From an uncultured Candidatus Peribacteria bacterium (GTDB taxonomy: Bacteria > Patescibacteriota > Gracilibacteria > Peribacterales > Peribacteraceae), in NCBI GenBank assembly GCA_964508225.1, contig CAZDRX010000001.1, forward strand, positions 7,680 to 71,679: a stretch of 64,000 bases of DNA, written 5' to 3'. The position numbers and the translations under genes are program-made. Below the pieces are notes generated by a model. That model was not told where the DNA came from. It saw nothing but the letters and a program-made list of their open reading frames with translations, and ran no database searches. Shown one piece after another: positions 1-8,559 of the stretch. Position 1 is the first letter of the stretch; every line of letters starts with the position of its first letter.

Positions 1-101
1 AGGGATTCATCCGTGTGGCGTGGACGTACGCGTGTAACTTCGCGAGTCAGGCCTTCGTGAGCCGGAGCATCACGAAGCATCATGAAGACGTGCGATGACG
101 T

Positions 102-1565
102 TCAGTGCATGAGGAGCGCGCCGAGACCGAGGAACGCGAAGAACCCGACGCAGTCCGTCATCGTGGTGACGAACACGGTACTCGCAACCGCAGGGTCGAT
201 CTTGAGACGCTTCAGAACGAACGGAATGAGTGCACCGAAGAAACCGGCCACGAAGAGGTTGATGATCATGGCCGATGCAAGGATGACCGCCATGATGCGT
301 GGCGCACCGAATGCCACCACGAAGACACCGGCCGCCACTCCCGTGATGAGACCGTTCAGCGTGCCTGCGAATGCTTCGCGCATGATGACCTTCCACGCCT
401 TCGCCCAACTGATCTCCCCGAGCGCGAGACCGCGGACGACCACCGCAAGTGCCTGTGTGGCTGCATTGCCTCCCTGCCCGGCGACGATCGGCATGTACAC
501 GGCGAGAATCGCGAACTTGGTAATCGTCTCCTCGAAGAGTGACACGACGAACGACGCGAGAAATGCCGTGAGGAGGTTGATGAGGAGCCAGTTGTAGCGG
601 TTCTTCACTTTGCTGTAGGAGCTGTCGAGCGCGTGCTCCTCCATATCGACACCCGCGAAGCGGTAGATGTCCTCGGTCGCCTCGGCCTGAGCGACCTTCA
701 TGAGATCGCGCAGGTGGATAATGCCGAGAACCTGTTCATTCTCGTCAGCCACACACAGAACATCCGAACGCATGCGCGACATGACCTGCATCACTTTCTC
801 GCGGTCCATCTTATGTGACACGACCGGAAGCAGAACGGTCTGGTCCTGTACCGTGGTGTTCTGCGGCGGGAACAGAAGCACACGCTCGGGGATGAACCCG
901 AGGATGCGACCCGCTTCGTCCGTGACGAGCACGGTCGGCATGTCCCGCTTGCCGTCCACGTGCGCGCGCACCTTCTCGATCACTTCGCTGAAAGTGAAAG
1001 AAGGACGGACGAGGATGAAGTTGAGATCCATGAGACCACCGGCCGTTTCGGAGCCGAATTTGAGGAGCTTCTCGATTTTGCGGCGCTTCTCCTCGCGCAT
1101 GCCCATGAGGATCGTGGCGCGTCGTGACTGCGAGAGATACTGCAGGATGTCGGTCGCGTCATCCTCGGCATTGAAGTGGAGGAACCGTGCAACCACGGCA
1201 TCGGAAAGCCGCGGGAAGATCCTCCGCTTGCTGTCTTCGTTCAGAACAAGTGCCACTTCCGACTGCTTTTCAGGCGGAAGAAGAGCGAACGTTTTGCGCT
1301 TGCCGCTCATGAGACCATCGATCACCTGTGCGATGATGTGGAAATCCTGATGCGACAAAAGCTGCTGGAGTTCGCGATCCTGCTTTTTTCCAAGCAACGC
1401 GTCTGCCTTTGCGAGAAGCTTTTCCTTCATGAAGTGCGACGGAAGGTCGCCCAAGGTATACGCCTCCGTTTTGAAAAATGGAAGCTGAAGCACAGGCTCC
1501 GAGCGAAAGTCGCGAAAAGTGCCGGGACGATTCCATCGCTCCAGAAGCCGCTCAGTCACAGACAT
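102..1565 (-). CDS. mgtE: Mg2+ transporter MgtE
   Basis: ORF 102..1613. It has an MgtE N-domain/CBS-like region and a C-terminal TM domain with 'PIVAGQGGNAATQ' and 'TDCVGFFAFLG' motifs. ATG at 1565 (MSVTERLL) is preferred; GTG at 1613 is possible. Confidence 0.9.
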   Translation of the reverse strand: MSVTERLLERWNRPGTFRDFRSEPVLQLPFFKTEAYTLGDLPSHFMKEKLLAKADALLGKKQDRELQQLLSHQDFHIIAQVIDGLMSGKRKTFALLPPEKQSEVALVLNEDSKRRIFPRLSDAVVARFLHFNAEDDATDILQYLSQSRRATILMGMREEKRRKIEKLLKFGSETAGGLMDLNFILVRPSFTFSEVIEKVRAHVDGKRDMPTVLVTDEAGRILGFIPERVLLFPPQNTTVQDQTVLLPVVSHKMDREKVMQVMSRMRSDVLCVADENEQVLGIIHLRDLMKVAQAEATEDIYRFAGVDMEEHALDSSYSKVKNRYNWLLINLLTAFLASFVVSLFEETITKFAILAVYMPIVAGQGGNAATQALAVVVRGLALGEISWAKAWKVIMREAFAGTLNGLITGVAAGVFVVAFGAPRIMAVILASAMIINLFVAGFFGALIPFVLKRLKIDPAVASTVFVTTMTDCVGFFAFLGLGALLMH

Positions 1566-1679
1566 GCCGGAAGACGCTTGAAAGGAGAGATGACATCTGC
1601 GTACGATTCGCACTTGATGAGGATCGAGACGCCGTACGGCAGATCGACACCCACACGGACTCCGCCGCGAGACTCACCG

Positions 1680-3005
1680 ATGCTCCGGTCGCTCCGGACA
1701 ATTTCTCTGGCTGCAATGGTGGCGATCACAGGAGCCGAAAACAGAGCCTCCGCGGAAGAACCTGCAACGCCTGTCACCGCCGAACGCACTGAGCAGGAAA
1801 CGAGGGAGCAGGAGCTTGCGAGACTCCTCCCGGAACTCAATGAGGTCTGGGGGAAACAAAGCGCGGAACTCACGGCAAGAAACGCCGCGCTGAAAGTGCG
1901 TTTCGATGCCCTGAAAGCATCTCTGGAAGGGAAAGGCATGTCACCGTCGTTCCAGACGCTCAGCAAGGAATGGAATGCCATCGTCGTGGAATTCAGAGGA
2001 CATGACGACGTCGCGCAGACGGATCTCTCGGTCTACTACGGAATCCAGAAAAAACAGGAGGCGCTCCTCATCCGATGGGAGACGTGGGATCGGCTGAAGA
2101 TCGCGGGCGCGGAAACCGATCCGGAATTCCATACGAGGTACGGCGCGGTGACCGCGAAGCGCGCGACTCTCGAGTACCGTCACGCCCAGCTTCTCATGAC
2201 GAACGCGGAAGGCCGCATGATCGGCATGTATCCGTACGAGAAGAAGCGTAATCCCGCACTGACGCCTGACGGCTACCTCCACCTCCTCGCGAAACAACTG
2301 AAAACTCCCGAGGATCTTGCGATGTTCCAGCGGTACTTCATGAAGTACGAATACGACTCACCGGAAGTGGACAGGCTGAAGAAGGGTTCGGATGCACAGT
2401 ACGGCGAATACTGGCAGACGCCGGAGGAAACGATGTCACGCGTGGAGGGGAACCGCATGCTCGGCGATTGCGAGGATCAGGCTTTTTTCCTGCAATCCGT
2501 GGTGAAGTGCTGGGGCAAGAAAGTCGTAGCACTCGAGATGCCGCATCACATCACATGCGTCTGGGTGGACAAGAACGAAGACGGGAGCTTCACCGGCTGG
2601 GATATCGGCAATCACGGACTCAGCTGCAACGGACGGCGCTACGGCCTCACCACGGGCGGCATCCAGATCTGCGCGCGATACTGCACTCATCCGAAAGCAA
2701 AGGAAGGATTCCCGTCACCTCTTGAAGCGCTGCAGTCGACACTCTGGAAGTACCGTGAAAATCCGAGCCTCGGGCCGAAGCTCAAGGATTGGAGCATCGA
2801 TGCAGGAATCACCATCTCGATGCCTCCGGTGTATCAGCCTGACCCAAGCGGACAAGTCGTACGGACACACGTGAAGTGGTACCTCACTCCTGACCGATTC
2901 GCCGAGTACCTCGTGAATGCGCCTCCGGAGAGCGCTCCGCCGCCACCGGACGACGAAGCCGCTCCTACTTCTTCGGCTTCGGTGCAGGGAGCTCCGATGC
3001 CGTGA
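1680..3005 (+). CDS. secreted transglutaminase-like (papain-fold) protein
   Basis: In-frame ATG at 1680 gives a signal-like N-terminus (MLRSLRTISLAAMVAITGAENRASA). A Cys-His-Asp core pattern is present: 'GDCEDQAFF', 'HHITCVWV', 'GWDIGNHG'. The C-terminus is Pro-rich. Confidence 0.6.
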   Translation: MLRSLRTISLAAMVAITGAENRASAEEPATPVTAERTEQETREQELARLLPELNEVWGKQSAELTARNAALKVRFDALKASLEGKGMSPSFQTLSKEWNAIVVEFRGHDDVAQTDLSVYYGIQKKQEALLIRWETWDRLKIAGAETDPEFHTRYGAVTAKRATLEYRHAQLLMTNAEGRMIGMYPYEKKRNPALTPDGYLHLLAKQLKTPEDLAMFQRYFMKYEYDSPEVDRLKKGSDAQYGEYWQTPEETMSRVEGNRMLGDCEDQAFFLQSVVKCWGKKVVALEMPHHITCVWVDKNEDGSFTGWDIGNHGLSCNGRRYGLTTGGIQICARYCTHPKAKEGFPSPLEALQSTLWKYRENPSLGPKLKDWSIDAGITISMPPVYQPDPSGQVVRTHVKWYLTPDRFAEYLVNAPPESAPPPPDDEAAPTSSASVQGAPMP

Positions 3006-3285
3006 TGCTGATGATCGAAGCGAGCCAATCGGAGTCCTCCCAACGGTCCTCCTCGATCACGAAGAACGGTTTCGAACCCGGATACGGCGGTGCCTCCTCG
3101 GGGTTCCCGAGAAACTCTCTCCCCTTCCCGGTGGGCTTCACGAACAACCGGTCATCACAGACGAGTGCAACCACTTTGTCATCACAGTAGATGGCGTATT
3201 CCCCGAACATCTTGCGGCTCCGGATCCTGCCTGCAGAGGCCATCTGACCCGTCAGAAAGTCTGTTGTGGACTGTTTTGTGGCCAT
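2965..3285 (-). CDS. TfoX N-terminal domain protein
   Basis: 106 aa. 'RKMFGEYAIYCDDKVVALVCDDRLFVKPT' matches the TfoX_N family pattern. Convergent 41-nt overlap with the previous gene. Confidence 0.75.
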   Translation of the reverse strand: MATKQSTTDFLTGQMASAGRIRSRKMFGEYAIYCDDKVVALVCDDRLFVKPTGKGREFLGNPEEAPPYPGSKPFFVIEEDRWEDSDWLASIISITASELPAPKPKK

Positions 3286-3351
3286 GGACCCATCCTAGCA
3301 CTCCTTGCACTCGGATCACGCCTTGTGTAGCATCCCAGAGCTCTTTTTTCC

Positions 3352-3425
3352 GCGGGTATCGTACAATGGTAGTACGGCGCCTTGCCATGGCGCAGACAGG
3401 GGTTCGATTCCCCTTACCCGCTCCA
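3352..3425 (+). tRNA. tRNA-Gly (anticodon GCC), CCA encoded
   Basis: Hand-folded cloverleaf: acceptor GCGGGTA/TACCCGC, anticodon arm GCGCC-TTGCCAT-GGCGC, T-arm with GGTTCGATTCC. Confidence 0.9.
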
Positions 3426-3470
3426 CAAAAACAATCCGCGAACATCAACGCATGCGTACAGAAGTTCCCG

Positions 3471-4658
3471 CTACCTTCTCCGTAGTCGATCCGACAAATC
3501 TTTGGGGATTCTGCATGCCTGTACAGAAATCTCCGTTACTTTGCCAAAGCCGCAGTTGTGCGGAGCCGGATCTTCCCGCACATTATTTTCGAGTGACACG
3601 ACCGGAAAGTCCGCATGCCAGTGTGCGCTATCGCATCCGCCGGCATGCTCCCCCGTGCGGAACTGCTCCGCAGGGTAGTGATCGCGGTCAATGATAAGGC
3701 AATTGCCATCCACGAATCCCGCATCCGTACCGCTGGAGGAGGATGACGACGAAGACGAACTGCTGCCGACAACGCATTCCACAGATTGCCCGATGTCGAG
3801 ATCGATCTTAAAGGCGCGCGTCGGGTAACGACGCGGTTCTTCTCCTGTGGGCTCCGTAAATTCTCCATCGGCATAGCCATAGTTTTGTCTTGTGAGGTAT
3901 CCCCGATACTCAAGATCGAACTGCTGGTGAACGTAGGCTTCGCCCCCTTGCATACACGTGAAAATACGAGTGAACCTGAGCGTCGTTGCCTGCATGAATG
4001 TCCGCTCTGGAGAGTCCCTGAAGAGCGGCGGGCGAAGATGCGTGTTTCCCTGATGCCCCGTCTCACCGGAGACGAAGGGTTTCTTATCGAGAAGATTCAC
4101 GAACACCTTGCTCGGTGGCCTCGTTGTGAGATCACCGTACGAGATGAACTTTTCCTGATCCGGACGCTCCAACGAAACAGTCACCGTCACGTCCCCTCCG
4201 ATCGCCTGCTTCTCCGGAACAATGTCCATGGTTGTCTTGTAACTGATAGAGCCGATGCCGTGATGGACGCTGCTGAAGTGTGTGACAGGCACGGTAATGG
4301 TCGTCTGATTCTTCGTGAGATCGACGAAGACGCTCGTATCCACAATTTCCAGCTCCTCTCCCGCCTTGCTGGCATGCACGAGAGGCATCGGAATCCGGGC
4401 TTCATGCAGGGTGATGGTGAGGGTTCCGGGTTTTTTCAGGACGAGCCCGTCCGGCTCCAATTGATATTCAACACTGTCGCTCGTTTGCTTCCGCGTAATT
4501 TTTACCGACGAAGGATCAACGCCCTCCGGAAGAGACTCCTCCTCGAGTGTCAGCACCACATCCCCACTGGAACCAGTAATGGTTAATTGCTGCGCTGGTG
4601 AGCAGCCGTACAGTACCGGGGCGCAAAGGACGGTTGCCAGCAAGATTCCTTTTTTCAT
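3471..4658 (-). CDS. lipoprotein with poly-Ser linker and Cys/His-rich C-terminal domain
   Basis: ORF 3471..4700. Internal ATG at 4658 gives MKKGILLATVLCAPVLYGCS (lipobox). An 11-Ser run precedes a C-terminal 'CDSAHWHADF...HNCGFG' region. No family recognised. Confidence 0.6.
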   Translation of the reverse strand: MKKGILLATVLCAPVLYGCSPAQQLTITGSSGDVVLTLEEESLPEGVDPSSVKITRKQTSDSVEYQLEPDGLVLKKPGTLTITLHEARIPMPLVHASKAGEELEIVDTSVFVDLTKNQTTITVPVTHFSSVHHGIGSISYKTTMDIVPEKQAIGGDVTVTVSLERPDQEKFISYGDLTTRPPSKVFVNLLDKKPFVSGETGHQGNTHLRPPLFRDSPERTFMQATTLRFTRIFTCMQGGEAYVHQQFDLEYRGYLTRQNYGYADGEFTEPTGEEPRRYPTRAFKIDLDIGQSVECVVGSSSSSSSSSSSGTDAGFVDGNCLIIDRDHYPAEQFRTGEHAGGCDSAHWHADFPVVSLENNVREDPAPHNCGFGKVTEISVQACRIPKDLSDRLRRR

Positions 4659-4733
4659 TGGAAAGAAGTGTAGCAGAAACAAGTACAGGAAAGTCCACAC
4701 TGGTTCCGGATACGCTTTGGTATACTCACGGTC

Positions 4734-4913
4734 ATGAGAATGCTCGTGATGCTCGTCATCGGTCTCGCCGTCGCAGGCACCGTCGCGTTCTTCTTCCTGC
4801 AGCAGCAGGAGAATGTACAGGTGGAGGTGCAGGAATCGCAGAATGCAGCCCAGAAAGCCGCCGATGCCTACAAAAAGAATCAGGCGGACATGATGAAGAA
4901 GCTGGAGCAGTAA
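4734..4913 (+). CDS. small single-pass membrane protein (59 aa)
   Basis: Not in the ORF track (<60 aa). Sequence MRMLVMLVIGLAVAGTVAFFFLQQQ... followed by a charged tail. TGgTATACT (4718-4726) lies 7 nt upstream of the ATG. Confidence 0.45.
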   Translation: MRMLVMLVIGLAVAGTVAFFFLQQQENVQVEVQESQNAAQKAADAYKKNQADMMKKLEQ

Positions 4914-4922
4914 TCCCCTCCT

Positions 4923-6374
4923 CTACAGCGACGCGAGATCGAGCTGCTCATCGACGTGCAGCTGGCTCACGAATTCCTGATCATGGCTGATGAGGATGAT
5001 GCCGCCCGCATATTCATCGAGCGCCTGCGCGATGATGGGGAGATGACGGAAGTTGATGTGGTTCGTGGGCTCATCGAGGATGAGCAGCACCGGCTTCTGC
5101 AACATGAAGCGTGCGAAGCAGAGAAGCCCCTTCTGACCCTCGGAGAGAGACTCTACTTTGGTCTGCACCTTCTCTCCCGGCAGGAGGAAGCGCGCGGCCG
5201 TGCTGTAGATATCCTGCTGCACGGGCGGGTCCATCACCTGTGCGAGCACCTCGTACACCGTCTTGTCCTGCGGCAGACCCGAGAAGTCCTGACGGTAGTA
5301 CCCCACCCTCACGCCGGGCTCGATCACGACACCCTTCTCTTTCCCGTTCACCATGGATTCGAGGAGCGTGGTCTTGCCGATGCCGTTCGGGCCCTTGATG
5401 AGCAGCTTCGTGCGCTTGCGCACGGCACGCTCCACCTTCTTCTTCACCGGCTTGCCCTTCTCCATCACGGTGACGGAGGAGATCTTCACGAGGATGCCGG
5501 GGAAATCCGTGACACCGATTTCAAACGACGGGATCGTCTTGTCCTCCTGCCGCACGTCGACCATGTTCTCCTCCGCTTCCTCCACCTGATCGCGCATCTT
5601 GCTCGCGAGCGCGCGCATCTTTCCTCCCTTGTGCGAGAAGAAGTTGATCTTGTCCTTGCGGTCCTGGATGTTCTTCTCGAGACGGGCGTTCTTGGACTTC
5701 TCGGCTTCGATCTGCGCCTGAATCTCAGCGACGACGTCGAAGTAGTCACCCACGTACTGCTGTGTCGTGTGCGTGAACGCATCGAGGTTGATGACGCCGT
5801 GCGTGAAGCAGTTCAGGAACGCCGAATCATGCGAGATGACAATGCACGTCTTCTCGTACCCGATGAGGAAACTCGTCAGGTGATCGATACCCTGCGTGTC
5901 CAGATTGTTCGTCGGCTCATCGAGAAGGAGAATATCCGGCTCCTGGATAATGGCGTACGCAAGCAGCAAACGAGCCTTCTGACCGCCCGAGAGATCCTTG
6001 ATCTTGCGGTCGTGTTTCACCTCGAGGTGCACCACGTCGAGCACGCGCTTGATGTGACGCTCGAGGTCAAATTTCTTCTCGCGGAACGCGGTCGCGAAGA
6101 ATTCCTCGATCGTGTGTTCGAGCTGCTTGGCCGGAATCACCTGCTTCGCGATACCGATCGTCGCGCCTTTCTTGATGTGGATCTCGCCCGCCTGCGGCTT
6201 CACGTCGCCCGTGATGAGCTTGAAGATCGTGCTCTTGCCCGCGCCGTTCTGTCCGACGATCGTGAGCTTCGCGTTCTCACGCACGGAGAAGTTCGCTTCC
6301 GTGAGGATGGGCTTCTTGTGGTCATAGCTGAAACTGACCTTATCAAACCGGAGGAGGACGTCACCGTGTTCCAT
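4923..6374 (-). CDS. ABC-F family ATPase (two ABC cassettes, no TM domain)
   Basis: Walker A 'GQNGAGKST' and 'GPNGIGKTT'. Signatures 'LSGGQKARL' and 'LSEGQKGLL'. Charged inter-domain linker. Confidence 0.9.
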   Translation of the reverse strand: MEHGDVLLRFDKVSFSYDHKKPILTEANFSVRENAKLTIVGQNGAGKSTIFKLITGDVKPQAGEIHIKKGATIGIAKQVIPAKQLEHTIEEFFATAFREKKFDLERHIKRVLDVVHLEVKHDRKIKDLSGGQKARLLLAYAIIQEPDILLLDEPTNNLDTQGIDHLTSFLIGYEKTCIVISHDSAFLNCFTHGVINLDAFTHTTQQYVGDYFDVVAEIQAQIEAEKSKNARLEKNIQDRKDKINFFSHKGGKMRALASKMRDQVEEAEENMVDVRQEDKTIPSFEIGVTDFPGILVKISSVTVMEKGKPVKKKVERAVRKRTKLLIKGPNGIGKTTLLESMVNGKEKGVVIEPGVRVGYYRQDFSGLPQDKTVYEVLAQVMDPPVQQDIYSTAARFLLPGEKVQTKVESLSEGQKGLLCFARFMLQKPVLLILDEPTNHINFRHLPIIAQALDEYAGGIILISHDQEFVSQLHVDEQLDLASL

Positions 6375-6414
6375 GAGGCGACATTCTAGAGGGATTTCTT
6401 CCTGAAGGGTAGTC

Positions 6415-6840
6415 TCAGAGCTTCGCGATCCTTCCGTGTTCGTCGAGCGTCCAGAACGGATTGAATGCCACTTCCCAGAGATGACCGTCCGGATCCGCGA
6501 AATAACCGCTGTAACCGCCCCAGAAGGTCTTCTCAGGCATCTTGGTAATCCATGCTTTCATCGTCTTCAGCGTGGCGAAGATCTCATCGACCTCCTCCTT
6601 GCTCCGCGCATTGTGCGCGATGGAGATGCCGCGGAAACCCGAACCGTCGTCTTTCACTCCGGCATCGGCGGCGAGGAGCTCCCGCGACCAGAGTCCGAGG
6701 ACGACACCGCTTAGGTTGAAGAAGAGGACACCGTCTTCGATCTTCGAGTCCGTCGTGAATCCGAGTCCGTCACGGTAGAACATGAGCGATCTCTGGAGAT
6801 CGTGGACACCGAGCGTGACGAGCGAGAGATTCGGACGCAT
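6415..6840 (-). CDS. VOC/glyoxalase-bleomycin resistance family protein
   Basis: 141 aa. 'LSLVTLGVHDLQRSLMFYRDGLGF' and a C-terminal 'DPDGHLWEV' are typical of the VOC fold. Confidence 0.85.
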   Translation of the reverse strand: MRPNLSLVTLGVHDLQRSLMFYRDGLGFTTDSKIEDGVLFFNLSGVVLGLWSRELLAADAGVKDDGSGFRGISIAHNARSKEEVDEIFATLKTMKAWITKMPEKTFWGGYSGYFADPDGHLWEVAFNPFWTLDEHGRIAKL

Positions 6841-6861
6841 GGAACGATTCTACCTCCAAGT

Positions 6862-7512
6862 CTACGGTTTCAAACGGAACCGCGAGAGATTCATCCGCTG
6901 GATACGCTGGAGCACGCCGAAATACAGCCCCTTCACGGACCAGTCTGGCTCGGGAAAGAGCGTGACATCGGGGAGCTGGAGCACGCGCTTGAACCGTGCG
7001 GACGTCGTCATCACGACGTTATCGAGATACGCCTGCAGCATGAGCATTCTGCCGGGGTTCCAGCCCATCTGATCGAGGAACACCCCTTTCTCCAAGAGGA
7101 GGCGGGTATCCGCTTCCACGATGCCTGAAAATTCTTCACGTACCGCAGGGTGCTCGTCGAGCAGTGCGGGCGTCACCGTCTCATAGTCTCCGAGATCGGG
7201 CTGGAGAATGCAGTACGACGTGTGCCGCGCATCGAGTGCGATGTCCGTGGGGAGCACGTGATCACCGAAGTACTCCTGCGCAGTGTCGAGATCGCTGCGG
7301 AGCTTGTCCGTCGACGGCGTGAGAATTCTTCCGACACTCTGCGAGAGGAGATCGCGCATTGTCTCGAGACGCGGGTACTTGATGACGCGATCCTGACCGT
7401 ATCCACGCACCACATGCTGCGCTCCCATACCGCGCTTCGCGCCGACGTCTCCCGGATCGATGTCCGGAAACCGGTCAAGATATCGCTGCTCGAAAGAGGA
7501 GAGAGGCTGCAT
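6862..7512 (-). CDS. uncharacterised protein with kinase-like motifs
   Basis: ORF 6862..7608 overlaps tRNA-Arg, so ATG at 7512 is used. Motifs: G-loop-like 'GMGAQHVV', 'RVIKYP', 'LDQMGWNPGRML' (D..N), 'LPDV'. This is a pattern-level inference only. Confidence 0.45.
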   Translation of the reverse strand: MQPLSSFEQRYLDRFPDIDPGDVGAKRGMGAQHVVRGYGQDRVIKYPRLETMRDLLSQSVGRILTPSTDKLRSDLDTAQEYFGDHVLPTDIALDARHTSYCILQPDLGDYETVTPALLDEHPAVREEFSGIVEADTRLLLEKGVFLDQMGWNPGRMLMLQAYLDNVVMTTSARFKRVLQLPDVTLFPEPDWSVKGLYFGVLQRIQRMNLSRFRLKP

Positions 7513-7578
7513 GAGGCCGGGCAGTATGGAGATTCTCCGGCCGGAATCAAGCGTCTGGAAAGCGGCTTTGAGATGTAT

Positions 7579-7654
7579 TGGTGCGCTCGGCGGGGGTCGA
7601 ACCCACAACCTTCTCCTTCGGAGGGAGACGCTCTATCCATTGAGCTACGAGCGC
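7579..7654 (-). tRNA. tRNA-Arg (anticodon CCG), CCA encoded
   Basis: Reverse complement folds as a cloverleaf: anticodon arm TCTCC-CTCCGAA-GGAGA, T-arm GGGTTCGACCCC, 76 nt. Confidence 0.9.
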
Positions 7655-7699
7655 AGAAATCCGAGGTCATCTGCTGCGATTCTACAAGATCCGAGCTGC

Positions 7700-7750
7700 C
7701 TGATTATCACGCGTTTGCAGGCAAACGCTAGGCCATTGAGCTATGAACGC
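7700..7750 (-). other. tRNA-like 5' fragment (acceptor strand plus D-arm) followed by a 7-bp tetraloop hairpin
   Basis: Minus strand reads GCGTTCATAGCTCAATGGCCTAGC, then GCGTTTG-CCTG-CAAACGC. I could not fold a canonical anticodon arm, T-arm or 3' acceptor strand. Confidence 0.4.
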
Positions 7751-7794
7751 AGGAAACCGGATGTTCCGGCGGGGATTGTACAAGAGTTGCGTCC

Positions 7795-8559
7795 TTACGT
7801 GGGCATGTGAAAAAACTCCATCGCATTGGCCGTCGTGACCCGATTCACCTCCGCAAGATCCACGCCTTTGATCTCCGCGATCTTCTGCGCGGTCTCTGTG
7901 ACATGCGCCGGCTCGCAGCGTTTGCCGCGGTGCGGCACCGGTGCAAGGTACGGCGCGTCCGTCTCCACCATCATCCGCTCGAGGGGGCATGCCTTCACCG
8001 TCGCGCGAATCTCGTCGGATTTCGGATACGTGACGATGCCCGTGAACGACAGCAGATATCCGGCGTCGACGAATCTGCGGACATCCTCCCACCGCTCCGT
8101 ACAGCAGTGGATGACGAGCTTCTCCGGCTGCACGTGATGCACGATCGTCCAGACGTCTTCCACGGCCTCTCGGCAGTGCACGACCGCGGGAAGGCCGAGC
8201 TCTTTCGCGAGCAGCAGCTGCGCCTCGAACACACGCTGCTGCGTATCCTTCGGACTGTTCATGTAATGGTAGTCGAGCCCGATTTCGCCGACTCCTTTGC
8301 ACTTCGGATGCGCGAGCGCCTGACGGATGAGTGCGAGATCGCGCTCGGCAACGAAGTCTTTGGCGTGATGGGGATGCACGCCAGATGTATAAAAAATATG
8401 TTCATATTTCTCCGCGATGATGCGGCACTTTTCAAGATCAGACATGTCATCGGAAATCGTGACGAGTGTCGTGACACCCGCCGCGGAAGCACGAGCGACA
8501 ACGGCATCCAGATCATCGGAAAATTCCGGCGCCGAAAGATGACAGTGCGAATCGATCAC
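7795..8559 (-). CDS. tatD: TatD family metal-dependent hydrolase
   Basis: 'VIDSHCHLSAPEF' N-terminus with GTG start at 8559. This forms a GTGA overlap with the upstream gene's stop. 'GEIGLDYH' and 'ETDAPYL' motifs are present. Confidence 0.85.
   Translation of the reverse strand: MIDSHCHLSAPEFSDDLDAVVARASAAGVTTLVTISDDMSDLEKCRIIAEKYEHIFYTSGVHPHHAKDFVAERDLALIRQALAHPKCKGVGEIGLDYHYMNSPKDTQQRVFEAQLLLAKELGLPAVVHCREAVEDVWTIVHHVQPEKLVIHCCTERWEDVRRFVDAGYLLSFTGIVTYPKSDEIRATVKACPLERMMVETDAPYLAPVPHRGKRCEPAHVTETAQKIAEIKGVDLAEVNRVTTANAMEFFHMPT

Noticed and set aside
1566-1679. An M-box (Mg2+) riboswitch upstream of mgtE, and the GCCGTACGGC palindrome (1631-1640) as an operator.
   Set aside because: The intergenic region is only about 114 nt, shorter than an M-box, and I see none of its conserved stretches. 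A single 10-bp palindrome in high-GC DNA is not sufficient evidence.
4956-6389. A 477-aa ORF on the plus strand. Similar very long ORFs occur at 21777..23471(-), 20499..21683(-), 26121..27071(-), 35549..36685(+), 48456..49934(-), 52157..53383(+), 60502..61395(-) and 62658..63991(-).
   Set aside because: Each lies antisense to a gene with unambiguous family motifs (ABC-F, ClpC, permease, S1, MFS, histidine kinase, membrane protein, dnaX). Their translations are low-complexity R/E/D/H/G-rich, which is typical of stop-poor antisense frames in high-GC DNA.
7655-7795. A complete second tRNA (for example tRNA-Cys, because of the string CTGCAAA), or an SRP/other ncRNA, between tRNA-Arg and tatD.
   Set aside because: No anticodon stem pairs around CTGCAAA. 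No T-arm or 3' acceptor strand could be folded by hand. No SRP-like GGAAG/AGCAG motif is present. It is reported only as a tRNA-like fragment.
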